A stretch of DNA of 64,000 nt. Origin: Carcharhinus amblyrhynchos (Eukaryota). Position numbers and translations under genes: made by a program. Positions 33,781-46,899 of the stretch are shown piece by piece. Positions within the stretch are counted from its first letter, which is position 1. Each line of letters starts with the position of its first letter. The stretch covers positions 39,556,001 to 39,620,000 of the forward strand of contig OZ336890.1 in assembly GCA_965287045.1 (NCBI GenBank), given 5' to 3'. The notes below the pieces were generated by a model. The model did no database searches. It saw nothing but the letters and a program-made list of their open reading frames with translations, and was not told the origin of the DNA.

Positions 33781-35056
33781 TGATTGCAGTGCAATAGGTT
33801 TTCCAAGATTCCAAGCTTGATTTGCGACATTCTCGATTTTTTGATAGTTTAGATTAACATTAAGGGTTTGTTGAACTGACAGCAGTGATCCCCATGGCTG
33901 ATTTAAGTTTAAGTTTGTTTATTAGCGTCACAAGTAGACCTGCATTGACACTGCAATAAAGTTACTGTGAAAATCCCCTAGTCGCCACACCCTGCTGCCT
34001 GTGCGGTACACTGAGGGAGAATTTAACATGGCCAGCACGTCTTTTGGACTTACCAAGCAGCACCCTGGCAGACTGTGATTCCTGGCAGGCATGGAGTCAC
34101 AGAAAGTTTATCATATTTTGTGCTAAATTCTATAAAATCATTCTAAAGTAGGCATGGACAAACAGGTAGAGTGAAAAAAGATCAAGTGAAAAAAATAGCA
34201 CGGCTGGAAACCAGAAGTAAAAAGAGAAGGTTGGTAAAACTAGGATTCTCAGCAGAGTGTCTGACGTAAATGGAGTGATGATTATTATTTTAAAAGGGAG
34301 CTACGATAATAATTTTCAGGTTATCTGATCAAAATTCTATGATCATTCAACACTTTTGATTTTAATACTGCATTATAGGCTATTACACAATTCAACAATG
34401 GTTCAGAACAAATGTGCTTTTCTCTGTAATCACATTGTCAGCAATGATTCACAACACAAATTACATGTGCTTCCTCCAGAAAATATCCCAAACACAGAAC
34501 AAAAGGTTAGATAAGAAGGACTTAAACTACAGTTCAGATTCTCTCGGTACACATATCTGCCACTGCCATAAGATAGTGACTTGCTGTGGTAAGGTTATGT
34601 ATGGCACTGGAGAATTTTTTGGTACATCCACCCAGTTGGTCATTCTTCATGTCCAGGTATGACCTCAGCTATTCAACGGCAGAGACCTTGATGTCCAAGT
34701 TCCTACCCTCATCCAATGCCCACACACACATACTTACTTCTTAAGTATGAGGCACCCAATGGCAATAAGAAGAAAGAACTTTTTTCATTTGTTTGTGGGA
34801 TACGAGAATTGCTGGCTGGCCAACATTTATTGCCCATCTCAAGTTGCCCTTGAACTGAGTGGCTTGCTAGGCCATTTCAGAAGGCACTTAAGAGTCAACC
34901 TGTGGCTTAAGAGTCAACCTGTAGCTGTGGCTCTGGATTCACGTCGGCCAAACCAGAAAAAACGGCAGATTTCCTTCCCTAAAGGACATTAGTGAACCAG
35001 ATGGGCTTTTTTGACAGTTGATGGTGGGGTTCATGGTCATTAGTAGACTCTTAATT

Positions 35057-35300
35057 AGAACCATAGAACCCTACAGTGCAGAAAGAGGCCCTTCCGCCTA
35101 TCGAGTCTGCACTGAACACAATCCTACCCAAGCCCTACCCCCATATCCCTACATACTATACCCACTAATCCCTCTAACCTACGTACCCCTGGACACTAAG
35201 GAGCAATTTCTTAGCATGGCCAATCAACCTAACCTGCACATCTTTGGACTGTGGGAGGAAACCCACGCAGACATGAGGCGAATGTACAAACTCCACACAG
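35057..35300 (-). mobile_element. HE1-type V-SINE nested in a second-family SINE (about 34780-35425)
   Basis: Tail and V-domain present. The host SINE resumes on both sides. Confidence 0.8.
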
Positions 35301-35631
35301 AAAATAGCAGCAGAATTTAATTCTAGATTAAATCCATCATTCCACCAATGACAGGATTCAAACCCAGGTCCTCAGAAGATTAGCTGAGTTTCTGGATTAA
35401 TAGTCTAACAATAACACCACGAGGCGAAAAAGTGGCTCCATTTAACTCTCGATAGCCCTGGCTACGATCAGCAAGCACTGAGCAAAAAGGAATTCTAGTC
35501 ACTGCGGGCACTGTTTTTATCCAGAATGTTACTGGGGAAGCCAGGCTCTAACTTACAGAGATGGCTTTGTAAGGGCTAGTGTTAAAATGGACGTGGATTA
35601 AACGAAGAGTTGTGGAATAGCTTTTATTTAC

Positions 35632-35802
35632 CTGGAAGGTAACCTGAGCTGTATAGGTCAGTTTATCGCACTCAAACAGTCCTCTTGTTGTGTACTGGAA
35701 TACGGAAAACGTGATGCTGTCAATCAAATTGGCCACTCTCTGCTTTAGCACTTCATCGGCTGGCGCCCTTTTCACAGCCATTTGGAACACAACACTAAAA
35801 GC
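35632..35802 (-). CDS. dnah9: DNAH9-like coding exon 6 of 7 (171 nt, phase 0 to 0)
   Basis: Acceptor ttttcttccag| and donor |gtaaat. Translates AFSVVFQMAVKRAPADEVLKQRVANLIDSITFSVFQYTTRGLFECDKLTYTAQVTFQ (RGLFExDKL motif). Confidence 0.95.
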
Positions 35803-36228
35803 CTGGAAGAAAATAGCAGCAGAATTTATGAGCAAATTATGTTATTGAACATTATATCACCAGCAATAAAATCCTCATTCTATAAACATGCCAAAGTCTA
35901 GATTAGATTTAGCTCTTTATTCCTCGCTGGCAATTTAATACCGAAAAGTGGTTACTTTCTGAAAGGTAAAATGAGTCGCGTAAAATCCCCAGGGAGTAAT
36001 TCTTTGATCACTATCTAGAGCAATGAATTTTGCACTTGATGGTTTTTCTTATCGAATCTGGTACAGTTATTTGACACCCGACCTTTTGTTTTCAACACAA
36101 ATCATGTGAAAGGATTTAGAACAATGGGGAACACATTTAAAAACCAAGACTGTTTATTGAAGCTGTTCATCAGCTCAACTGACCAAGAGGGAGTGGAGGA
36201 AGCAGCTGGTGGGCTTGTACTGGCATAC

Positions 36229-36369
36229 CTTCAGAGAGAATTGGTACATGGGATGGATTTTATTGAGGTCATTCATTATGAAGTAGAGTAGAGAAGCTCG
36301 GCCTGCAGCCAGTCGGTAGTGTTCACGCGCCTCGTTGATCTTAAGCTCCGTTACCTTGGCCTCTTTAAC
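36229..36369 (-). CDS. dnah9: DNAH9-like coding exon 5 of 7 (141 nt, phase 0 to 0)
   Basis: Acceptor tttttaatacag| and donor |gtatgc. Translates [47 protein letters not shown] (PMYQFSL motif). Not in the ORF track. Confidence 0.94.
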
Positions 36370-36667
36370 CTGTATTAAAAAGGAGACAGGCCAACAGTGA
36401 GAATGGGTGATTCAGAAAAGAAACAAAATCGATTTATTCACAGAATGTGACCACAGACAGGCAGGGCAGCGTTTTATTAGAATCAGCTCATTTGCAGTGG
36501 GTGAGTCCTACGTGTGGACCCGGAAGATGATCGTTGCGGCTGCAGACTTTGCCCTAGCTCTTCAACTCGACCATTGTATTAGCGCTCTGCCTTCGAGTTT
36601 CCCAATCAATCACAGAATGCTGCCTCTGATATGAATCATGTCTGTTCATGAGAGAACCTCTATTTAA

Positions 36668-36817
36668 AGGGTTCAATTCCGGCCTCAGGTGACTGGCAAT
36701 GTGGAGTCTGCATGTTGTCCCCATTTGGGTCATGGGGATAGGGCCTGGGTGGGATTGTGGTCGGTGCAGATGCGATGGGCCAAATGGCCTCCTTCTGCAC
36801 TGTAAGGGTCCTATGAT
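36668..36817 (+). mobile_element. Internally deleted HE1-type V-SINE
   Basis: B-box ggttcaattcc followed by a jump to the tail. Confidence 0.75.
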
Positions 36818-37799
36818 CCTAAAGGGATCCCAGCGGGGTTCAGTTTGGCTGCATTCTGCACTGGATCAGGATTGTTTTGCATGCAAAGCAATGGAAGTGA
36901 GGCACGTGAAGGTCACACTCAGTGCAAAGTGCCCAACTCCATTCCTTCTCATTGTAATTCTTTAACTTTTTCCTGAAGATGCTGCCAAATGGCGTAGGGG
37001 GTATCACCTACTACCACTGCAAATATTTACCGTCCCCACCCCCTGCCCCACCACACGAATGGCTTCCTCTACCGTGGTGCCTTATCAGTTTGTTCATCCA
37101 CACTGCAGCCCCTGCTCTGATCCATACAAGCTGCAAGAACCTCAAATCTTTTGTAAAAGCGGAGGCTCGTCCACTTCCATCTCGGCCTCAGTCACAGTCA
37201 CATTCCCCTGTTTCTGTTGCCTGCGTAAATCAGCTGACCTTATCCTGAAGCGTGTGACTGCTTTTTGGAACAAAGCATGCAGGTAACCTTCTCCCTCCCT
37301 GATACATCACAGTTCCACAGCTTGGCCCACAGCTCATTGAATCTGAGCTAAAGTTCTTCAAGCCACAGGCACTTGCTGCAGATGTTGGCGCTGTGGATTT
37401 TACCAGCATCCATGAGCCTTCTATATACTGCAGCTGCAATACATCACCTGCTCCGCCCTCCGTATTATGTTTGAGTTAACCAATTAATTCCTTAATCAAC
37501 TTTGCCCCCAGAACCAAATGGGCAATTGCCTTCAAAAGAATGGTTTGATCTGAGCAGAGGATGAGCAAAGGGTGTGAGTGAGAGGGAAGGATTTTCACTT
37601 GCAGGAGTGATATGTGTTGAGGATGGAGTAAGCAGCAGCAGGTTTCATATTGGAGTGCCTTAGGTTTCACCTACTCAGTTTACCGGAAACATGAGGTGGA
37701 CTCAGGCTTCCCTGACCACCAGGTAAGCAGAGACATTTGGTTCCCCCATCCTTCCAATCCTCCGAGATTGCCAAGGGGCTAGCTCCCTTCCTCTACCCT

Positions 37800-38430
37800 G
37801 CGGCTCTACTCCTTTTTCCTGTGGTATTTTGTGCATGGTATAACAAATCGCTACCATTCTGGAAACTTTGCTGGTATCGAATGGTACCCTAGATCTGTCC
37901 GTGCCACACAATCCCATCTTTGGCAACGTATTGGTTTGCTCGATAACTGTGCTGGTCCTCCTCTGGCTCTTGTCCTTTCTTTCTCCATATCAGTAAAGGG
38001 TTCCTTGCAAATGTCATCAACCAAGTCCTCATAGCGACCCTCGCAGAATGAAATAATTCATGGCAGCTTCCAGGATATTTTGCATGGACTTGCATAAAGA
38101 CTTTTGTTGGTCACATTACTGCAGGGCATTGATGGAGCAGAATCCCTTCCTTTTGATAAATTCTCCAAAATGATCTGAGGGTGCCTCGATTCCCAGACAT
38201 GTGTGGTCAATGACTCCCTGTACCCGAGGGAATTCAGTCACTGCAGAAAAAGCGAGATCCCGCTGTGTCTGATTGACTTCATCAACATCAAAGTGGGCAT
38301 AAGTGGTGACCTTGGCAAATATGGCATCAGCAAGAGATGGTTGTGGACAGCAGGTTATGCAATCCTGCTTATATCACCAACAGATTCCGGAAAAGCAGAA
38401 ATTCAGAACTGTGGTGACCTTGATGGCTGC
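37800..38430 (-). pseudogene. Degenerate PIF/Harbinger (HARBI1-like) DDE transposase
   Basis: Ordered decayed motifs IKVTTVLNF, ESVGDIS, FPRVQGVIDHT, MQVHAKYPGSCH, WLMT, VIEQT..KM...DRS...VSRMVAICYTMH. Confidence 0.75.
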
Positions 38431-38597
38431 AATATGTATAGGTGACATAATGGTTAGCACTGTTGCCTCACAGTGCCAGGGACCCAGATTCGAATCCCAG
38501 CTTGGGTCACTGTCTGTGTGGAGTTTGCAAGTTGTCCTGTGTCTGCGTGGGTTTCCTCTGGGTACTCCAGTTTGCTCCCACAGTCTAAAAGACACTG

Positions 38598-40290
38598 AAA
38601 CATATAAAATAGGTACAGAGTAGGCCGTTCGGCCCTTCGAGCCTGCCCCACCATTCAATATGATCATGGTTGATCACGCACCATCAGTTTCCCCACTCCT
38701 GCTTTCTCTCCATACCCTGTGACCCTTTTAGCCACAAGGGCCACGTCCAACTCCCTCTTGAACACATTTAACAAAGCAGCCCTGATAGCTTTCTGTGGTA
38801 GAGAATTCCACAGGTTCACAACTGGCTGAGTGAAGAAGTTCTTCCTCATCTCAATCCTGAATGATTTACCCCTTATTCTTAGACTGTGATCCCTAGTTCT
38901 GGATTTCCCAACATCGGGAACATTCTTCCCGCATTTGGCCTGTTCAGTCCCATTAGGATTTTATACTTTCTATGAAATCCCCTCTCATTCTTCTAAATTC
39001 CAGTGAGAACAAGCCCAGTCAATCTAGTGTCTCTTCATATATCAGTCCTGCCATTCAAGAAATCAGTCTGTTGAACCTTCGCTGGACTCCCTCAATAGTA
39101 AGAATTCCCTTCCTCAGTCTAGGAGACCAAAACTGCACACAATACTCAAGGTGTGGCCTCACCAAGGTTCTGTATAACTGCAGCAAGGCATCCTTACTCC
39201 TCTACTCAATTCCTCTTGCTATGAAGGATAGCATACCATCAGCTTTCCTCACCGCCTGCTGTACTTGCATGCCAACTGTTAGCGACTGTTCCACCATGAC
39301 ACCCAGGTCACGTTGCACTTCCACTTTTCCTAAACTTCCACCATTCAGATAATCATTTTCCTTCCTGTTTTTGCAACCAAAGTGGATAACTTCACATTTA
39401 TATACATTTTATTGCATTTCCCAAGTGTTTGCCCACTCAGCCGACCTGTCCCAGTCACCCTGCAGTCTCTTAGCATCCTCCTCACAGCACACACTGCCAC
39501 CCAGCTTAGTGTCATCTGCAAATTTGGAGATATTGCATCCAATTCCTTCGTTGATATCATTATGTATATTGTAAATAGCTGAGGTCCCAGCACTGATACC
39601 TGCAGGACCCTACTAGTCACTGCCTGCCAGTCTGAAAAGGATCCATTTATTCCCACTCTCTGCTTCCTGTCTGCCAACCAGTTCTCTATCCACATCAATA
39701 CATTAACCCCAATTCCAAGTGCTTCAATTTTGCTCACTACTCTCTTGTGTGGGACCCTATCAAAAGCCTTTTAAAAGTCCAGATACACAACATTCACTGG
39801 TTCACCCTTGCCAACTCTACTGGTCACATCCTCAAAAAACTCCAGAAGATTTGTCAAGCACAAGTTCCCTTTAGAGAATCCATGCTGAGTTGGACTGATC
39901 CTGTCACCACTTTCCAAATGCTCAGTTATTGCATCCTTAATAATTGACTCCAACATCTTTCCACCTCCGATGTCAGGCTAACTGGCCTATAATTCCTGGT
40001 TTTCTCTCTCCCTTTTTTCTTAAAAAGTGGGGTCACATTATCAACCTCCCAATCCACTGGAACTCTTTCAGAGTCTATAAGACTGCTGGAAAATGATCAC
40101 CAGTGTGTCCACTATTTCTATGGCACTCCAGTGTGAAACTTGCTGCCCCTTGCTCTATACTCAACACATATCATTCCTTTGCAATTGGAAATCCTTCCAT
40201 CTCATTCACTATTTCAGAGCCACTTCCTTGAGTACTTTGGAATGCAGAACATCAGGCCCTGGGGACTTATCGTATTTTAATCCCAGCAAA
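38598..40290 (-). mobile_element. Degenerate CR1 RT/3' fragment (about 1.7 kb)
   Basis: MLESIIKD..QHGF.KG..CLTNLLEFFEDVT, WIENWLADRKQRVGING, SVLGPQLFTIY, and a CR1 3' end at about 38600. Confidence 0.9.
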
Positions 40291-42832
40291 TGAGCAGAAC
40301 CCTGGACAATGCCAGATAACTGTCAGAGTTCACATGAGCATTTTTCTTTTGCTCTGCAATTTGTCTGTCAAAAAACTCTCCAATCGAGTTAACTCTGAGC
40401 AGTTTGTAAAGACACCTTTTAGTAACATTAAGGCTATCAGCAAGAAAAGGTTAGGGGGAGGGGGGGAGAGAAATCTTCCCTCATCATCTTGTCTTCACAT
40501 TCCTGGCCCTACTTAATAAAAACATCCATTAGATCTTTGAAATAAGCCCAATTTTGCTCTGGGCATGCTTGCCAAAGTCAGAACATAAGAACATAAGAAA
40601 TAGGAGCAGGAGTAGGCCACCTAGCCCTTCGAGCCTGCCCCACCATTCAATAAGATCATGGCTGATCCAAAGTGGATCAGTTCCACTTTCCCGCTTTCTC
40701 CCCATAACCCTTAATTCCCTTGTCTATCAGAAACCTATCTATCCGTGACTTAAATAAACTCAGACTCAGGTTATATCCATTTTGTCTGAATATCTCTCCA
40801 ATGCAAAACACGCGACCACTTAGAATGTCAAAGCAGATAAAATGCAGCCAAATACCAAAGAAAAGAAATGAGCACACAAAGATCCTGGGAAGAATCTTCC
40901 CATCCCATCCACCATGGGAATCATAGTGGGCGGAACAGGACCATGCAAAGATCTGCTGACCTCGGGTGGGAATTTCTGGCCTCAGAGCGATCACAGCCGG
41001 AAAATCCCATCCTGTGTCTCAATGGAATATAAATGCTCGACACAATTTCTATTTGATACAGCTCCACTAAAGTAGTGCAGAGGAATCACACGCGAGCGGA
41101 GTACGATTAGGACAATTCTCACTGCATAATTCTGGGACCCATGAGAATGAGGTCGAATGTCCAATCACTCCTAAAGAGTAGCTGACACATATAAATGACC
41201 TAGAAACAAACGGCATGGTCAAATGAGTCAACAGAGAAAGCCTGCTTCACGATTCCACTGCAATTTATTATCTTAATAAAACTCATGGTAAACTGATCGA
41301 TCCTTAACTTTATTGTAAATTTTGGGGGAAGTAAATCTGCGTGTCAGGGCTGTTAGATGTTCCTTATCATCAATACAGCTTCCGCTGCTCTTTTGAAGGA
41401 GTATTTCTTAAATTTGTCCTGCTCATAAAATAGCACCTGCTCTCCCCCCCCCCACAGGGGAAAGCCCACAATGACTCGGGCTCAGGTGGCTGAGATGGGA
41501 GGGGAAGGGTGTTGTGGTCCCTCCATCTGCAGCCCCCATTTAATACTGGTCAGCCACCCCTTGAGGTCTGGCAACCCCGCAGGGCCTCCATCCCTCTCTC
41601 CGCTGACATCCCAATTCCACATTATCCATCCTCAAGCCACCCCGAGACTACCTAAACGTAACCTCTTCCTGCAATTCTGGGATTTAGGCTTTAGGGGTTG
41701 CTTGCAGTGCCAGTCCTGGCCACTGCAGCCTCTGGTGCTGTGGGGACTAGAGGGCTGCATGCCAATCAGGTTGAGTAGCAGCTCACTGAGGCGGGAGCTA
41801 TGCCTGAGTGAGGAATGGAAGTCCCACCTTCAGCTAATTAATACTTGTTGGAGTGTAAAATCTCTGCGGAGGCAGGCAGTGTTGGGGCAGGGGAGGAGAG
41901 TGTGTGGTCTCTTCGAACAACAGGAAGGGAAACCTCACCATCCGAAAAACCCTGGCCTTGCTCTTTATTGATGGATTTATCTAACTGGAGACAGCGCAAG
42001 GGGAATGGATTAAAACGGGGCTTCCAATGGTCACCTTCACAACTCTAGAAGTGACTACAGAGTTTCACGACTGAATACTTAACGCACTTATATGATGGTC
42101 AGGATTCTCCGGCCGTTCGTGCCGGCGGTCCCAAAGGCAGTGCACCCCTGCCGAAGGGTTTCCTGCCCGTGTGGGGTGGTGTCAACGGGAGTTCCCATTG
42201 AGAGCGGCGGGACTGGAGAAATCTGCCACTCGGCTTAGCAGGCCGGAGAATCTCGCTCAACATCCCCGTATCTGTGCGATCTTACCCTGACTTTGAAACA
42301 ACTGAAGTAAAACGGAGTGAGAATTTTTTCACTTGCAATTTCTACCCTTTGATCGCAATCAGAAAATAACATTTTTTTTTTAAAATGGGAGTTTTAAAAT
42401 ATTTTCGATGAGTTAATCCTAACACAAAAAAAAGCAAAAATTGCATTTTATGCAACAAATTTAGAAAACTATTAATTTTTTCATATGTTATGATGCGAAC
42501 TGGCTGTTTTATTAAATAGGATAGAGGACAGTTGGAATTTAGATGTTAAATAGGCCAGATGTGTTTTGAAGAGAAAATTACGCTTATATTCAAATATTGC
42601 TAATCCACATAGTAATCGGAATTCACAAACATGTCGCTTTCTGGACTGAGCTCTGAGGAATTTGGATCGTTGGCTTTGACAGAAGCTAAGGTAAATCACA
42701 GTGTTCAACAAGTTTCTCAAACAGATTGAGAATTAATATGTCCCCTTTCTTCTCATAAATCACTTCCGAATGTGTCTGCGGGCTTGTTCTCTGCCTGAAT
42801 GACATTCACATCGGTGCCTGAAATGGGCTCAC

Positions 42833-42997
42833 CTTCTCCTCAATCTCCGCCGCGGTCCTCTTGGTAGTTTCCAGGTTCTCTACCAAGGCCGTGTCCCCGA
42901 GGAAGTTCCCAGAGGCAGAGGAAAGGCGGGAAAGCAGGTTGTCCTCCAAGGTTTTCAAGGTGATTTTGAAGCCGTTTTGCTGCTTTGTGAGGTTGGA
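42833..42997 (-). CDS. dnah9: DNAH9-like coding exon 4 of 7 (165 nt, phase 0 to 0), buttress coiled coil
   Basis: Acceptor tcttttgcag| and donor |gtgagc. Translates [55 protein letters not shown]. Confidence 0.95.
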
Positions 42998-45439
42998 CTG
43001 CAAAAGACAATACCACAGAGACCTCCGTCATATTTTAAGCACATTGCCTGCACCGCTGGAGCAGAAGTTGCACGGAGATGAGCTTTCTATGAAAGCCCCG
43101 GTCGATTAAAACTACAAACGGCTGAAAAATGAGGTTACCGTCTGCACGATGCAGTGCGGGATTGGTGATTTCATTCTAACATCACTCCTGTGACCTAATT
43201 AAAAGATCAGAGCAATTACAAAAGTACAGAAATTTTATTACTGTGCTAATGAGAATGAGGTCAATAATATATTATTCATATCTTCACTGGAGTGGAACAG
43301 CACTTTGGGGAGGGAAGGAATACATGATTTACATCTGTTCTAATATCGAATGAATCGCAATTAAATGACAAGCCACAACGTAAATCTGAAGTATTGCCTT
43401 CTTGGGTAAGGAGATAAGACAGTGGAGTTCTACATAGGATCTATGGTACACACACATACACACAGGCAACCCGGTCCAGCAGGTTTGTTCCCACTCTAAT
43501 TACCTCTCAATACCCTGTGTCTTTTCAAAGAAGAAAAAAATACAGCACAGGAACAGGCCCTTCTGCCCTCCATGCCCAGTTCCTCCTAAGCATCAGGCCT
43601 CCCCTTAAGTTGGCCAATGGTACCCACGTCACCAGCAACAGTGAGTTCCACCTATTCACCACTCTGTTCATTTTTAAATTCTTTATTCAACCAACCTGTG
43701 ATTCTCTTTGATCTGTGTAGCATCCTTCCGGTTCATTCAGAAGTGGAAAAGTGTCCATACACTTTGCCCACCATAATCTGAAAGATCTCTATCAGACCCA
43801 CTCTTACCGTTCTCAATTTCTAGAGGAAAGTGACCCTGGGGTGAAATCCACTCCTCATCACTGGTGGGTTTGAAAAATCTAGTGGGTGCTGGGCTGCCAC
43901 CTACTGCCCGACTCTGCCCCCTCCACAGTTACACGTGGGATGGGAGGATCGCCAGGTAGTCCACTGATTGAGGCCTTAAGTGACCAGTTAGTAACCAATT
44001 AAGAGCTTCATCCAACTGTTGTGATGTGTGTATGCCAATTCAGCAGAGACATGTACCTTTAAGTAGCTGCGTAGGGATATCACCAAGACATTCCCATGGG
44101 TAACATTAGAGGATAAAAAAGGCACACCCTCTGTGTTAAATGTTCACTGTTGCCTGTGATCCCTACCACAGACACTCATTACTGTCTGTGACTCTGTATC
44201 TGTGAGACTTCATGTATACCTAATGGGTCAGGCATAGAGTCAAGTAATCAGCTAATAGGATGCACACTGGATCAGGGCCTGTGCAGAACTGTTTATGGTT
44301 GTTGCAAGGAATAAACTTCAGGGAATTGTGTTCAGTCAGAATCCTCATCATTCTCAGCATCATGCTTAGCAGCCACAGCATTGAGGCAAATCCTTTGAGG
44401 TCTAAAATCAAGAGCCTCAGCATATATGAGACCACGGCCCCCGCTGCCACTGGTAGCTTTCCCACGCTGGCAAGCCAGGCAGCTTTAGGCTTGCTGATGT
44501 CAGGTAAAGAGTGGGGTGACTTCCTTTGTGAGCCCCCTGGGCACACTGGAGAACCCCTTCAAGTCATAGCACCTGCCCTCCCCCCACACTGTATCTTCTC
44601 CCCCTCCTCTCAAACCTGGCTTCTACCCTGCTCACTCTGATCTTTCAGTACGAGCTGACCAAAGCAATGGATGAGATTTTCTACCCTCTGCCGCCCCCTC
44701 CTTCTTCCCGCACCCCACACCACCACACCCCCCCCGCCAACCCACACACACACACCCCCACCAGCAGAGGCAACCTGCCATTGGCTGACAGCACCGTTAA
44801 TGGGATTTCCCATTGCTTGCATCCTCCACTGCTGGTGATCCCGCTGGCAGGAACAGTCGGAAAATCCTGCCTAATCAACTTTTTTTTTTGACTCCAGGCT
44901 CCTCTGATGGAGATACAACAGAGGACCCTGGAAAAACTCAGCAGGTCAGCCAGCGTCTACTAGGAGAGAAACAGAGTTAACGTTTCAAATCCTTCGACTC
45001 TTAGCCAGGACAGAAGGGAAGGAGAATGTGGCAGAGCTGCAGAAAATGCAACAAAAAGTAGCAATGACCAGCTGTGGTCTCAGCATTGCTGACCGCTGCT
45101 CCCAGTGCTGCTGCTGGGAATCGAGAGTCGCTGGTCAATCAGATTAACCAATTCTCCGAGGTGGGACTATGTTCGGAGATGGCGGGGGTGGCGGGGGGGG
45201 GGAAGGCCCAGCTTCACCCACCTAACACTAATTCCAGTGTTAAATGATAGCAGGACTGGGAGCAGTTGCAGGCTTCCCTGGCCTTTATGTCGAGGGTGCA
45301 TCGACCACTCAGTCTCATTAATTCCAGTTGTCATGATCTTCCCTGATGGTTCCATCATCTGAGTCCTGCAACATCCTTATGAATTTCTTCTGCATTTTCT
45401 CCTTGGCTTCAATTTCCTCTTCGCGTTTTGGAGAGCAGA

Positions 45440-45555
45440 AATGCTCTGCTAGCTTCTGGATGATGTTGGCTCTGGCATTGACCTTTTGGGTGACCCTTTT
45501 CAGGTGCTCACGGTACAGGACCCTGCAGTCCAGGGTGATTCCCACCCTGGGAAAG
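45440..45555 (-). pseudogene. Non-LTR RT thumb fragment (Ingi/Vingi-like)
   Basis: VGITLDCRVLYREHLKRVTQKVNARANIIQKLA, like LGVTLDR.L.Y.EHL....K...R.NII.KLAG. Confidence 0.45.
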
Positions 45556-46197
45556 TCCATCAGGCAAGATTCTTGTGCTGCCTTCGCTTTCATGTGAAAC
45601 CCTGGGTGGAATTTTCCCACCCTGCACCCCACAGGAACTGTAGCGGTTTGGGGAGGGACGGACGATGCAAAGGTCCATTAATGGGACTTTCCGGTCTTAG
45701 GGCAAGCGCGACCAGAAAACCCTATCCCTTGTGCCTTCAGTTGTATTAAATTAAGGACAAGGATTGCTACCCGGCACTGGGGAAGTCTGGAAGCTTCTAA
45801 CAGAAAACAATGACACCCACCACACAGTGTCACATGCTGATGATAGGTTGATATGCTTAATAGCTTGCTTGCACATGTGTTAATTCAACTGTGACCCTTC
45901 TCGTAATATATGAAGAACTCTTTTGCCAATGAAATGTGGAAGATGTGTCACAAGCAAAGTGTGACAACCAGTCATGAATTGGCAAAGGCAATGTAGTTGA
46001 TGTTCATATTCTCCAAGAGACACACATTGATGAAGCTAGCACCTATAAGCTTTGTATGTGTGGCTTCAAGTTTATTGCAGCAGTGCACCATGCCAAGAAT
46101 GGAATTGTAGCTGACTTACACCACAGCCTAACCAACTTTTCCATTCTGACATTAATAAAGTCTTCATAGCCACTGTGAAAGTTGGAGTGCAACAAAT

Positions 46198-46500
46198 GGG
46201 GAGGTGGTGGCATTATGGTGTCATCGCTGGACTAGTAATCCAGAGAACCAGGATAATATGCTCTGGGGACCTGGGTTTGAATCCCACCATGGCAGATTCA
46301 ATAAAATCTGGAACTAAAAGTCTAATGATGACCATGAAACCATCTGGTTCACTCACGTCCTTTAGGGAAGGAAATCTGCTACCTTACTTGGTCCGTCTAT
46401 AGACCCAAGGCAACGTGGTTGACTCTTAAATGCTCTCAGGGATGGGTAATAAATGATGGCCCAGCCAATGACACCCATGTCCCATGAACAAAAATAAAAT
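46198..46500 (+). mobile_element. Second tRNA-derived SINE family. Also about 49658-50010 (+), 34780-35425 (-) and 59320-59925 (-, split by a CR1).
   Basis: ggggaggtggtgg..ggactagtaatccagag..gggtttgaatcccaccatggcag..ggatggg.aataaatg..aaaa, repeated across copies. Confidence 0.7.
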
Positions 46501-46899
46501 CACCATCATGTCCAAATGACCTAAGGTTAGACGGCACCTTTCAATATTATCCATTACGATTCATCGTGAAGTCTATGGTGATGAATACAACAGCCAACAC
46601 AGGGATACAATCACAGAATGAAGCAGATGAACAACCAGTGGCCTGACCCTCTGCTGGAGATCACCAACTCCTTCACGATGCTAATTAACCAGCTATATTC
46701 CACTCCATGTTGTTGGAGGGAGAACTGCACTCTGGATCTCAGTTCCATTTCCAGGGATGGTGATGGATGTCCCCTTCATGCACTGCGCAAAGTCCTTCCT
46801 CACATCCCACACAATCTTGACTCACATTGGAACAGTGATACATCCAAACCTAATCCCACTGGAAGCCAATGGGAATGGACCCACAGCAGAGCAGAATTT

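Noticed and set aside
34886-34925. Short tandem duplication cttaagagtcaacctgt
   Set aside because: Ordinary slippage duplication inside a SINE.
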